Positions 51,996-64,000 of a stretch of DNA of 64,000 nt are shown piece by piece; positions within the stretch are counted from its first letter, which is position 1, and the number at the start of each line of letters is the position of its first letter. Position numbers and translations under genes: made by a program. This stretch comes from Squalus acanthias. Its lineage: Eukaryota. Under the pieces are notes generated by a model. The model worked only from the letters and a program-made list of their open reading frames with translations. It was not told the DNA's origin and ran no database searches. The DNA lies in NCBI GenBank assembly GCA_030390025.1, contig CM059431.1, positions 97,280,001-97,344,000 on the forward strand. Direction: 5' to 3'.

Positions 51996-52314
51996 ACCTC
52001 TATTTATGAAGCCCAGGATCCCATATGCTTTTTAACTGCTTTCTCAACCTGCCCTGCCACCTTCAATGATTTGTGTGCACCTAGTATATCTCTTCAAGCA
52101 CCCCCTCTAGGATTATACCCTTTAGTTTATATTGCCTCTCCTTGTTCTTCCTACCAAAATGTATCACTTCGCACTTTTCTGGGTTAAATTTCATCTGCCA
52201 CGTGTCCCCCATTCCACCAGCCTGTCTATGACTTCTTGAAGTCTATCACTCTCCTCCTCACTGTTCACTATACTTCCAAATTTTGTGTCATCTGCAAATT
52301 TTGAAATTGTGCCA
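51996..52314 (-). mobile_element. CR1 RT fragment (same family as 59850-62200)
   Basis: Reverse complement matches 60290-60620 (GCAGATGACACAAAA..GGGATCCTGGGCTTCATAAATAGAG). Confidence 0.85.
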
Positions 52315-53857
52315 ATTTGAGTACCTGCCCATTATCCCTACTGCCTGTCTCCTGCCGCTCAGCCAATTTCCTAACCAGGTCAATAATTTGCCCTCAATTC
52401 TGTGGGCTTCTACCTTAGTTAACAGTCTCTTATGTGAGACTTTATCAAATGCCTTCTGGAAGTCCATATCAATAACATCCATAGACATTCTCCTGTACAC
52501 TACTTTAGTCACCTCTTAAAAAAATTCAATCAGGTTTGTCAGGCATGACCTACCTTTCACAAATCCATGCTGGCTCTCTCTGATCAACTGAAAATGTTTG
52601 AGGTGTTCAGTCACCCTTTCTTTAATTATAGACTCTAGCAATTTCCTGGCAACAGATGCTAGGCTAACCTGGTCTATTATTCCCTGGTTTCCCTCTCTCA
52701 CCATTTTTAAATAGCGGAGTGACATGAGCAATTTGCCAATCTAAATGAACGGTTCCTGAATCGAGAGAATTTTGGAAGATTATAGTTAGGGCATCTACAA
52801 TGTACTCACCTACTTCCTTTAAAACCCTGGGATGGAAACCATCTGGTCCTGGGGATTTGTCACTCTTTAGTGCCATTATTTTCTTCATTACTGTTATTTT
52901 ACATATATTAATTTTATTGAGTCCCTGTCCCTGATTTAGTTTCCTTGGGATTTCCGGCACGCTATCCTCTTCCTCTACTGTAAATACTGACACAAATTAA
53001 TTATTCAACATGTCGGCCATTTCCTTATTATCATTGACAATATCACCACTTTCAGTTTTTAAGGGGCCAACATTGCTCCTGACTACCCTCTTTTTCCTAA
53101 TATAACTGTAAAAATATGCTGTGTTGATTTTGATATCCCTGGCAAGTTTCTTTTCATACTCCCTTTTTGTAGCTCTTACTATCTGTTTTTTGACCCTTTG
53201 CTGTTCTTTGTATCTTTCCATACACCAGGATCTGTGCTATTTTTTGCATTTTTTGTATGCTTTTTCTTTTAGTTTTATGCTGTCTCTTACCTCTTTAGTC
53301 ATCCATGGCTGTTTTTTTTGACAAGTAGAGCTCTTGCCCCTCAGGGGTATAAACTGGTTCTGTATCACCTTAAATTCTTTTTTAAACATTTCCCACTGAT
53401 CTTCTGTCATTTTACCCTTTAACAGATTTGCCCAGTTTACTGTGGACAGTCTCTGTCTCATCCCGTTGAAGTTCGTCTTACCCAAATCTTGAATCATAGT
53501 AGCTGTTTCACGTTGCTCCCTTTCAAACGCTACGTTGAATTCGATCATGTTATGGTCGCTATTGGATAAATGTTCACGCACAGTTAGGCTGTTAACTAAA
53601 TCTGGCTCATTACCTATTACTAAATCTAATATAGCTTGCCTCCTTGTTGCCTCTAGGACATATTGTTGTAGAAAACTATCCCGGATGCACTCAAGTAATT
53701 CACTACCTTTCTGACAGGTGCTAGTCTGCTTATCCCAATCTATATGAAAGTTAAAATCCCCCATTAAAACCACTCTGCCTTTACTACACGCTTGTCTAAT
53801 CTCTGCATTTATACAATCTAGCACTTCACAACTGCTACCAGGGGGCCTATACACAAT
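52315..53857 (-). mobile_element. CR1 ORF2 internal fragment (APE to RT), degenerate
   Basis: YRPP..GDFN..SDHN; KSPGPDGFHPRVLKE; SQHGFVKGRSCLTNL; DFQKAFDKVSH. Confidence 0.92.
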
Positions 53858-53917
53858 GGCAGAGCAGGGTTGAGGGGCCGAATGGCTTACTCCTGCTCCT
53901 AATTCTTATGTTCTTAA
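53858..53917 (+). mobile_element. Short CR1 3' tail
   Basis: GAGGGGCCGAATGGCTTACTCCTGCTCCTAATTCTTATGTTCTTA. Confidence 0.75.
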
Positions 53918-54074
53918 ATGGTGTCACGACAATGATGAATTCTGTATCAGAGCATCAAATACCCTGATTGCATTACCGCCCAATGTAATTCCCATCGTGA
54001 CTGTGATCAATAAAAACTGGATATCCCAATTTCAGGTAGAAAGAAGGAAGCAGTTCCAGTAAGAGGTTATGAGC

Positions 54075-54260
54075 TCTAGCAGTAGGTCAGTGGTTCTGGT
54101 ACTGGACTAGGAACCTGAGATTTAATCCCACCATGGCAAGTTATGGAATTCAATAAATCTGATAATTGAATTCAATTAAAAATCACCATGAAACCTGTTG
54201 AATTTTTGTAAAAATCCCGACTGGTTAACTAATATTAAAAAAGAGAACTTTCTCCTAAAC
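54075..54260 (+). mobile_element. Possible degenerate tRNA-derived SINE
   Basis: CAGTGG..ACTGGACTAG..AATCCCACCATGGCA..CCATGAAAC..ACTGGTTAACTAAT resembles a SINE head and body, from recollection only. Confidence 0.35.
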
Positions 54261-54299
54261 CTCCAACCTGGGTCTCCACAATCATCGATACCAACATCC

Positions 54300-55278
54300 A
54301 GACAATTCGGTTCACTCAATGTGGCACTAAGACATGGCTTAGCGCACTGGATACTGTAGACTCTGGACCCTGACAACATCCCAGCTGTCGTGCAGAAGAC
54401 CTGTGCATCAGAGCTAGCCGCACCTCTAGCCAAGCTGTTCCAGTACAGCTACAACACTGCCAACAATGTGGAAAATTGCCCAGGTATGTTCTGTCCACAA
54501 AAAGGACAAATTCAACCCGGCCATTACCACCCACCAGCCTATCTTCCATCCTCAGTAAAGTGATAGGAGTCATCAATAGTGCCATCAAGTGACACCTACT
54601 CATCAACAGCCTGCTCGCTGATGCTCAGTTCAAGATTGGCCAGAATCATTCTGCTCCACACGTTAACATAAGAGCTGAGTGCCAGAGGAGAGGTGAGAGT
54701 GACTGTCCTCAACATCAAGGCAGCATATGACCACAGAGAAGCTCCAGCAAAACTAAGGTCAATGGAGGTCAAAGGGAAAACCCACTAGTTGCTGGAGTCA
54801 TACCTGACACAAAGGAAGGTGGTTGTGGTTGTTGGAAGCCAATCATCACAGCCCCAAGACATCGCTGTATGAGTTTCTCAGGGAAGTCTTCTGGTCCACC
54901 CATCTTCAATTGCTTCACAATGACCTTCCCTCTGCCATAAGGCCAGGACTGGGGCCGTTCATTGATGATTCCACAGACTTCAGCTCCATTCACAACTCCT
55001 CCAATAATGAAGCAGCCCGTACCAGCCTAAAGCAGGACACAGCCAGGCTTGGTGCTGACAAGTGGCAAGTAATGGTCATCTACAACTAGAAAAGACCCAA
55101 CCACCTCCCGTGACCTTCAGTGGCACCATCATCACGAGTCCATCACCATCAACATCTTGTGGGCTCACCACTGACCTCCATCAATGACCAGGCTCAAGTC
55201 AGGAGCATGATGGATACTCACCACTCACATGGATGGGTGCAGCAGCTACAACACTCGAAGCTCGACACCATGTAGGAC
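54300..55278 (+). mobile_element. Family B non-LTR element, highly degenerate RT fragment
   Basis: Colinear with the reverse complement of 62640-63790 (ACAACATCCC.GCT..GAAGAC.TGTGC..CTAGCCAAG.TGTTCCAGTACAGCTA). Confidence 0.85.
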
Positions 55279-56161
55279 AACAACAACAACAACTTACATT
55301 TATATAGTGCCTTTAACATAGTTCAAAGGCGCTTCACAGGAGCGTTATCAGACAAAAATATGATACAGAGCCATATAAGGAGATATTAGGACACGTGACC
55401 AAAAGCTTGGTCAAAGAGGTAGGTTTTAAGAAGTGTCTTAAAGGAGGAAAGAGAGGTAGAGAGGCGGAGAGATTTAGAGAGGGAATTCCAGAGCTTAGGG
55501 TCTTGGCAGCTGAAGGCACAGCCACCAATGGTGGAGCGATTAAAATTGGGGATGCTCAAGAGGCCAGAATTAGAGGAGCACTTTAACCTCACTGGAGGAG
55601 ATTACAGAGTTAGGGAGGGGCAAGGCCATGGAGAGAGTTGAAAACAAGCATGAGAATTTTTAAATCGAAGCTTTGCTTAACCGGGAGCCAATGTAGGTCA
55701 ACGAGCACAGGGGTGATTGGCAGCGTTTCTGTGGGCGCGCATCTCTCTTCCAGTCCCGCGCAGCCCGGGACCGGCTTTTTCAATGTTAAACTTTGTGCAT
55801 GCGCGAAATTATGAATGGGGTACGCGGCCCTTAAAAGGGGCTGCGCAGCCCAAAAAAATGATGGGGAGGATTGGGGTGATGGGTGAATGGGACTTGGTGC
55901 GAGTTAGGATACAGCCAGCAGAGTCTTGGATGAGCTTAAGTTTATGGAGGCTAGAAGATGGGAGGTCGGCCAGGAGTGCGTTGGAATAGTCGAGTCGAGA
56001 GGTAACAAAGGCATGGTTGAGGGTTTCAGCAGCAAATGAGCTGAGGCAGGGGCGGAGACGGGCAATGTTCTGGAGGTGGAAATAGGCGGTCTTAGTAATG
56101 GTGTGGACATGTGGTCAGAAGCTCATCTCGGGGTCAAATACGACACCAAGGTTGCGAACAG
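55279..56161 (-). mobile_element. L2 LINE 3' portion, interrupted at 55718-55873
   Basis: (CAA)n tail; KLWNSL..SSFKTLLKTYLF; upstream homology through TCTCGACTCGACTATTCCAA. Confidence 0.87.
55718..55873. mobile_element. Small CpG-rich insertion in L2 (possible hAT-type non-autonomous remnant)
   Basis: GGGTGAT duplicated at 55711-55717 and 55874-55880. Confidence 0.55.
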
Positions 56162-56608
56162 TTCACTTGTTTGGTGTCTTTTCCACAGGAATAAATATTC
56201 ACACAATCAATCACCAATTTACTGTGGCTGCAGTTTGTACAATCTACCGAATGCTTGGCCCACTCTTCTTCCTTATCTACAGCAACAAGGTGATTCTTAA
56301 ACCTTCAACACTACTATGTGTGTCAGTGTTGTGAGGCAATCTAAACACTGTATTCATGCCAGGTAACACATCGCTACAGTTTGCTCTTGAATAGAATCCG
56401 TGTCCAATTCACTGCAGAAGGGATTCTGGAGTCGAAATGGATCTAATTTAGGACACCACTGCATTGTCCTCTTTGTCCCCTTCGGCTCCCCACCCACCGT
56501 CCAGTCTCAAAAGGTCCTGATGCTAAAATGGCAACTGAGATTTGCTAGGAATCGTGGCGACATTACATGACTCCACATGGTTTTCTTTTGATAATTGTAG
56601 GAGGTGGG

Positions 56609-56737
56609 CCCAACCCGGGATCTCTGCCCAACCCAGGGATCTCTGCCCAACGCAGGGATCTCTGCCCAACCCGAGTATCTCTGCCCAACCTAGGGATCGC
56701 TGCCCAACCCGGGGATCTCTGCCCAACCCGAGGATCT
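56609..56737. repeat. 19-bp minisatellite CCCAACCCAGGGATCTCTG, about 6-7 copies
   Basis: Direct periodicity. Confidence 0.92.
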
Positions 56738-58114
56738 GGGACCAATTACGTTTAAATGATGAGAACTTTACTATATGAACTTGTGTTCCTTAAAAAAAAA
56801 CTTCAGACTTAAATTCTTCAGAGAAAACACCAGCAGTCCCAGCAAACTTCCAGTGAGACGATACCACCCAAACCTAATGCCCGAATGCCCCTCTTCTGCA
56901 GATTCTTCAATGGCTGTTTTCACTAATATGTAATGATTAAATCCGCAGTCCAGCGGGGAGCTGTGCTGGAGGGGAGAGCGTGCAGGAGATTCGACCAGCA
57001 GTGCTGGAGCCTGTGCTCTCTTCACGCTTGGGTCTTTGCTGGATACGAGAGGCTGCTGAATTTAAACACACTCGTATACAAGCACGCAACACACTTCTAA
57101 GATGTTCAGCTGAAATGTCTTGGGAACAGTTAGTGCTTTCCTGAGAACTAAAAGTGTTGCTGTGGATCGCAATTCTAGCCAAGATCCGAATCGCATATCC
57201 AAACACTCATTTAGGCGCTGCTTTCCCCCCTCCCACAGGCTCTACTGACAAGTGCACTCCCGTGTCTATTGCTAGCTGGTCTGTTTCAACAGCAAGATAT
57301 ATATCGGATCTGTTAGGAAATTAAATGTGGGGCAGAGCAGCAATATGCATATTGTCAGGCAAAATTGCTGTTAGCCCTGGGTAATGGAGTCATGTTGATT
57401 AATCTTGAGCCATGGGATTCAGTATTCACCAATGTTCTCCAGGGTACTCTGTCTACAAAAGCACTGGCACAGTCTAACAATGTGCGGGCAGGGGGAGAGC
57501 AGAAACCGCAAGCACAGTACCGGTAATCTTCACACCAGCTGTCAGATATCTCATTTCACAACATATTTTGCCTAAATACCTATAATGTGTTTTCATATCA
57601 GACAAAATAATATTTTCAAGGTTCAAAATTCAAATGCAGAGCCTTTCAATTCCGTTCTTTTGTGAGCGGGCGATTCACTGCCCCTGGAGGACCCAAGTGA
57701 GAGTATTTAAATTTTTTCCGGGCTTCGACATAATTGTATTAAAAATAGTCATTCTGCAGCAGTATTAAAGCAGTAATTTCCGCCTGAATCTAGCTAGATG
57801 TTCCCTTTATCATTCAGCAATTTCTATCTAGTTATGGTATAATTAAGTTTCCTGACCCTTGACACACTCTCTTAACAGGACATTTAGAATGCAGTCCGAG
57901 AGCAGATATTCAAGCTGATGGCCGCTCCCCATACAGTACTGGAATAAACTTATTAATCTAGTAATTGTATAGCACCCGTTCATTTGCATTCAATGTTTCC
58001 TCATTTTCTGCCACTGATGAACAGCCAAAGGTACAAATCATTTCTGCAGGTCACACAACCCTGAGATTACTTCCATCGTCGCCTCACCTTCAGCTGATTA
58101 AAAAACACAGAAGG

Positions 58115-58600
58115 AAACATTGGTAAACATAGGAGCAGGAGTGGGCCATTCAGCCCCTTGAGCCTGCTCCTCCATTCTATTAGATAATGGCTGATCTGCA
58201 CCTCAACTCCATCAACCTGCCTTTCCTCCATATCCCTCCATACCCTTACCCAACAAAAAACCATCAATCTCAGTCTTGAAAGCTCCAATTGACCCCCAGC
58301 CTCAACAGCTTTTTTGGGGGGGAGAGTTCCAGATTTCCACCACCCTTTGTGTGAAGAAGTGCTTCCTGACATCTCCCCTGAACGGCCTGGCTCTAATTTT
58401 AAGGTTCTGCCCCCTTGTTCTGGACTCCCCCCACCAGAGGAAATAGTTTTTCTCTCTCTACTCAATTGACCCCTTTTCTCATTTCAAACATGTCAGTGAG
58501 ATCACCCTGAACCTTCTAAAATCAAGGGAATACAAACCAAACTTATGCAACCTGGCCTCGTAAATTAACTCTTTAAACCCTGGTATCATTCGGGTGAAAT
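58115..58600 (-). mobile_element. CR1 3' fragment
   Basis: CATAGGAGCAGGAGTGGGCCATTCAGCCCC end; the reverse complement reads ..AAGCACTTCTTCACACAAAGGGTGGTGGAAATCTGGAAC. Confidence 0.88.
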
Positions 58601-58603
58601 CTC

Positions 58604-59257
58604 CAGAACTCTTCATTTACACACTCACCCAGAACTCTCCATTTACACACTCACCCAGAACTCTCCATTTACACACTCACCCAGAACTCTCCATTTACAC
58701 ACTCACCCAGGACTCTCCATTTACACACTCACCCAGAACTCTCCATTTACACACTCACCCAGAACTCTCCATTTACACACTCACCTAGAACTCTCCATTT
58801 ACACACTCACCCAGAACTCTCCATTTACACACTCACCCAGAACTCTCCATTTACACACTCACCTAGAACTCTCCATTTACACACTCACCCAGAACTCTCC
58901 ATTTACACACTCACCCAGAACTCTCCATTTACACACTCACCCAGAACTCTCCATTTACACACTCACCCAGGACTCTCCATTTACACACTCACCCAGAACT
59001 CTCCATTTACACACTCACCCAGGGCTCTCCATTTACACACTCACCCAGAACTCTCCATTTACACACTCACCCAGAACTCTCCATTTACACACTCACACAG
59101 GACTCTCCATTTACACACTCACCTAGAACTCTCCATTTACACACTCGCCAGAACTCTCCATTTACACACTCATGCAGAACGCTCCATTTACACACTCACC
59201 CAGGACTCTCCATTTACACACTCACCCAGAACTCTCCATTTACACACTCACCCAGAA
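58604..59257. repeat. 26-bp minisatellite AGAACTCTCCATTTACACACTCACCC, about 25 copies
   Basis: Units at 58631, 58657 and so on; abuts the CR1 fragment. Confidence 0.97.
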
Positions 59258-60624
59258 ATATCTGGTTACTTTTTTTCTTAAATTCATTGCTCAGAGCTGG
59301 CTGATGCTGACTGCAATTTAGATACTATATAGTTTGATATTATATAAACCATATGTTGCGTAAATCTCTCGCCCATTGATATTAATGGATGAACGCTTAA
59401 CATGTTTGAATGACCTCCCTCCCACAGGGACCTGAAGTCCCCTGTCTGAAATCAGTTGCTACTCCCATTAAACTGGGGAAGAGAAGAATGTCCTCTGAGC
59501 GTGGGAGGTTTTCTGACTGTTAACACTGACATAATCTTATGTCTCTCCATGCAACAGAAAACTAATGAGTGGTGATGAACCTGATTAAGTAGCAGTCGCG
59601 CTTCACACCTTGCAGTTCTTGGACTTGACTTCAATTGCTGGTTGGATTCAGGCTTTACCATTAGCTCTCATACTATTTGTGGTATTGTAGCACCCTTTGT
59701 GTGAAAAAGAAAGGCTTGTGACAATCACTCATAGTCCAGAGGCGCTGTTTACACTGGAGCTGATGGGGTTTGTCAACATTGGCCATTAAAAGAATAATCT
59801 ACCCAATTTCTGATTTCTTCATCGTTTTTGGGATGGCTGATCTTTGTGGAAGTTTAACCTCGGTGGTGGGGAAGCTTTTAGAAATGATAATCTGGGTCAA
59901 AATTAAGTCACTTGGACAAGTGTGGATTAATTAAGGAAAGCCAGCATGGATTTGTTAAAGGCAAATCGTGTTTAACTAACTTGATTAAGTTTTTTGATGA
60001 GGTAACAGAGAGGGTTGATGAGGCAATGCAGTTGACGTGGTGTACATGGACTTCCAAAAAGCGTTTGATAAAGTACCACATAATAGGCTTGCCAGCAAAG
60101 TTGAAGCCCATGGAATAAAAGGGACAGTGGCAGCATGGATACGAAATTGGCTAAGTGATAGGAAACAGAGAGTAGTGGTGAACGGTTGTTTTTCAGACTA
60201 GAGGAAGGTATACAGTGGTGTTCCGCAGGGGTCAGTACTAGGACCACTGCTTTTCTTGATATATATTAATGACTCAGACGTGGGTGTTCAGGGCACAATT
60301 TCAAAATTTGCAGATGACACAAAACTTGGAAGTATAGTGAACAGTGAGGAGGATAGTGATAGATTTCAAGAAGACATAGACAGGCTGGTGAAATGGGCGG
60401 ACACATGGCAGATGAAATTTAATGCAGAAAAGTGCGAAGTGATACATTTTGGTAGGAAGAACGAGGAGAGGCAATATAAACTAAAAGGTATAATCCTAAA
60501 GGGGGTGTATGAACAGAGAGAGACCTGGGGGGTATATGTGCTCAAATCATTGAAGGAGGCAGGGCAGGTTAAGAAAGCAGTTAAAAAAGCATACGGGATC
60601 CTGGGCTTCATAAATAGAGGCATA

Positions 60625-61116
60625 GGGCTGGTTTTTGATACTGAGGCGGGTTGGGGTCGTGTTATCCACTTTTCGTGTTATCCACCCGACTGCAATTGGA
60701 TGTGGGAGATTGATGCAATTTTCACCTAATTGGGCAATTGAGTTCCAGTATGTGGGAACCCATGACCCAATTAGTGTTTTGAGTCTGAAAGTCGCCACTG
60801 ATGATGTCATCATTGCTGCTGCATTGAATGTCTTCAGAGACTGCCTGGTCTTTGCTGTGAGAGGACCTGGATATATATGAGAGAGAGAGAGAGAGAGAGA
60901 TATTTTGTTTTGGTGTGAGAGGACCTTCGATAGTCAGCTTTCGAAATGTGCTCCCGCCAGGTTTCACAATCGTGTTTCAGAACAGACGTGCTTCACGTAG
61001 AACAAGGGTTAAAATCACAAAGGCCTTTCAAAATGGCATTATAGAGCCAATTTAGTGCTTGTTAGGGGCTTACACGCCTCCAAACCCGCCTCCACGGGTC
61101 AATGAAAATCCAGCCC
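60625..61116. mobile_element. Harbinger-type MITE with 3-bp TSD ATA
   Basis: GGGCTGGTTTT ... AAAATCCAGCCC; ATA at 60622-60624 and 61117-61119; internal (GA)n. Confidence 0.88.
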
Positions 61117-61134
61117 ATAGAGTACAAAAGCAAG

Positions 61135-61598
61135 AACAAAAGAAAGACTTGCACTTATATAGCACGACCACCGGACGTCCCAAAGCACTTTACAGCCAAT
61201 GAAGTACTTTTTGAAATGTAGTCACTGTTGTAATGTAGGAAACGTGGCAGCCAATTTGCACACAGCAAACTCCCACCAACAGCAATGTGATAATGACTAG
61301 ATAATCTGTTTTTTAGAGATGTTGATTATGGAATAAATATTGACCAGGACATCGGGGATAACTCCCCTGCTCTTCTTCGAAATAGTGACATAGGATCTTT
61401 TACATTTACCTCGGAGAGCAGATGAGACCTCGGTTTAACATCTCATCCAAAAGACAGCACCTCTGAAAGTGCAGCACTCCCTCAGTACTGCACTGGAGTG
61501 TCAGCCTTCATTTTTGTGTTTGAGTCTCTGGAGTGCGACTTGAACCCACAACCTTCTGACTCAGAGGTGAGGGTGCTGCCCACTGAACCACAGCTGAC
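61135..61598 (-). mobile_element. Full-length Deu-domain SINE (SacSINE1-like)
   Basis: tRNA-like head GTCAGCTGTGGTTCAGTGG..GGTTCAAGTC (A and B boxes); ACAAAAGCAAG duplicated at 61124-61134 and 61597-61607. Confidence 0.9.
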
Positions 61599-62197
61599 AA
61601 AAGCAAGGAAGTTGTGATGAACCTTTATAAAGCATTGGTACAGCCTCAACTGGAGTATTGTGTCCAATTCTGGGCACCGCACTTTAGGAAGGATGTGAAG
61701 GCCTTAGAGAGGCTGCAGAAAAGATTGGTTCTACGGATGAGGGACTTCAGTTACGTGGCTTGACTGGATTGGCTGGGGTTGTTCTCCATAGAGCAGAGAA
61801 GTTTGAGAGGAGATTTGATAGAGGTGTTCAAAATCATAAGGGATCTAAACAGAGTGGGTGGAGAGAAACTGTTCCCATTGGAGGAAGGGTCAAAAACCAG
61901 AGGACACAGATTTAAGGTGATTGGCAGAAGAACCAAAGGCGACATGAGGAAAAACTTTTTTACGCAGCGAGTGGTTATGATCTGGAATGCGCTGCCTGAA
62001 AGGGTGGTGGAGGCAGATTCAATCGTATCTTTCAAAAGGGAATTGGATAAGTACTTCAAGGGAAAAAATTTGCAGGGCTACTGGGAAAGGGCGGGGGAGT
62101 GGGACTAGCTGAAGTGCTCTTGCAGAGATCCGGCACGGGCTCGATGGGCCAAATGGCCTCCTTCTGTGCTGTAACCATTCTATGATTCTATGATTCT

Positions 62198-64000
62198 ATG
62201 GGATGTGGGCATCGCTGGCAAGGCCTGCATTTATTGCCCATCCCTAGTTGCCCTTGAGAAGGTGGTGGTGAGCCACCTTCTTGAACCACTGCAGTCCGTG
62301 TGGTGAAGGTGCTCCCACAGTGCTGTTAGGGAGGGAGTTCCAGGATTTTGACCCAGCGATGATGAAGGAATGGCAATATACTTCCAAGTCAGGATGGTGT
62401 GTGACTGGGAGGGAAACTTGGAGGTAGTGGTGTTCCCATGTGCCTGCTGTCCTTGTCCTTCTAGATGGAAGAGGTCATGGGTTTGGGAGGTGCTGCCGAA
62501 GAAGCCTTGGCGAGTTGCTGCAGTGCATCTTGTAGATGGTAAACACTGCAGCCACGGTACGCCAAAGGTGGAGGGAGTGAATGTTTAAGGTGGTGGATGG
62601 GGTGCCAATCAAGTGGGCTGCTTTGTCTTGGATGGTGTCGAGCTTCTTGAGTGTTGTTGGAGCTGCACTCATCCAGGCAAGTGGAGAGTATTCCATCACA
62701 CTCCTGACTTGTGCCTTGTAGATGGTGGAAAGGCTTTGGGGAGTCAGGAGATGAGACACTCGCCGCAGAATACCCAGCCTCTGATCTGCTCTTGTTGCCA
62801 CAGTATTTATGTGGCTGGTCCAATTAAATTTCTGGTCAATGGTGACCCCCAGGATATTGATGGTGGGAGATTCGGCGATGGTAATGCCGTTGAATATCAA
62901 GGGGCGGTGGTTAGACGCTTGCTTTTTGGAGATAGTCATTGCCTGGCACTTGTGTGGCGTGAATGTTACCTGCCACTTATCAGCCCAAGCCTGAATGTCT
63001 TGTGGCATGCGGGCATGGACTGTTTCATTATCTGAGGAGTTGCGAATGGCACTGAGCACTGTGCAGTCATCAGCGAACATCCCCACTTCTGACCTTATGA
63101 TGGAGGGAAGGTCATTGATCAAGCAGCTGAAGATGGTTGGGCCTAGGACACTGCCCTGAGGAACTCCTGCAGCGATGTCCTGGGGCTGTAATGATTGACC
63201 TCCAACCACCACAACCATCTTCCTTTGTGTTAGGTATGACTCCAGCCAGTGGAGAGTTTCCCCCCCCAATTCCCATTGACTTCAGTTTTCCTAGGGCTCC
63301 TTGATGCCACACTTGGTCAAATGCTGCCTTGATGTCAAGGGCAGTTACTTTCACCTCACCTCTGGAATTCAACTCTTTTGTCCATGTTTTGGACCAAGGC
63401 TGTAATGAGGTCTGGAGCCGAGTGGTCCTGGTGGAACCCAAACTGGGCATCAGTGAGCAGATTATTGGTGAGTAAGTGCTGCTTGATAGCACTGTCGACA
63501 CCTTCCATGACTTTGCTGATGATTGAGAGTAGACTGATGGTGCGGTAATTGGCCGGATTGGATTTGTCCTGCTTGTTGTGGACAGGACATACCTGGGCAG
63601 TTTTCCACATTGTTGGATAGATGCCAGTGTTATAGCTGTACTGGAACAACTTGGCTAGAGGCACGGCTAGTTCTGGAGCACAAGTCTTCAGCACGATAGC
63701 CGGGATGTTGTATGGGCCCATAGCCTTTCCTGTATCCAGTGCGCTCAGCCGTTTCTTAATATCATGTGGAGTGAATCGAATTGGCTGAAGACTGGCTTCT
63801 GTGGTGGTGGGGACCTCAGGAGGAGGCCGATATGGATCATCCACTCAGCACTTCTGGCTGAAGATGGTTGCAAACGCTTCAGCCTTGTCTTTTGCACTCA
63901 CGTGCTGGGCTCCACCATCATTGAGGATGGGGATATTCATGGAGCCTCCTCCTCCTGTTAATTGTTTAATGGTCCACCACTATTGACGACTGGATGTGGC
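62198..64000 (-). mobile_element. Family B non-LTR element, RT and 3' region; continues beyond the window
   Basis: ORFs [52 protein letters not shown]. Confidence 0.93.

Larger units (their letters stand above)
59850..62200 (+). mobile_element. CR1 3' half (RT to tail), split by a MITE and a SINE
   Basis: [55 protein letters not shown]; (ATTCTATG)3 tail. Confidence 0.94.

Noticed and set aside
61520..61598. tRNA gene
   Set aside because: The A/B boxes belong to the SINE head; no full cloverleaf seen

Overview
Eukaryotic, non-genic (intronic or intergenic) DNA. It is most likely from a cartilaginous fish, inferred from Deu-domain SacSINE1-like SINEs, CR1/L2 LINEs and Harbinger-type MITEs. 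I could not support any host protein-coding gene. About half the window is tandem repeat: a 24/26-bp array (2.8-9.0 kb), a 38-bp array (12.9-18.7 kb), a 12-bp array with higher-order structure (27.1-48.5 kb) and several small minisatellites. Most of the rest is transposon-derived: one near full-length CR1 LINE inserted in the 12-bp array, many CR1/L2 fragments, a second CR1-group family, two SINEs, a fossil Harbinger transposase with MITEs, and the 3' end of a Penelope-like element. The most interesting signals are a minimal hammerhead ribozyme fold in the Penelope-like repeat (51856-51914), 73-bp tandem monomers at the CR1 5' end, minisatellites visibly derived from SINE and LINE sequence, and an array with an RSS-heptamer match (CACAGTG) in almost every unit. 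Nearly all long ORFs are repeat artefacts. I found no convincing evidence of a wholly new biological system. Family names come from recalled consensus sequences, not database searches.
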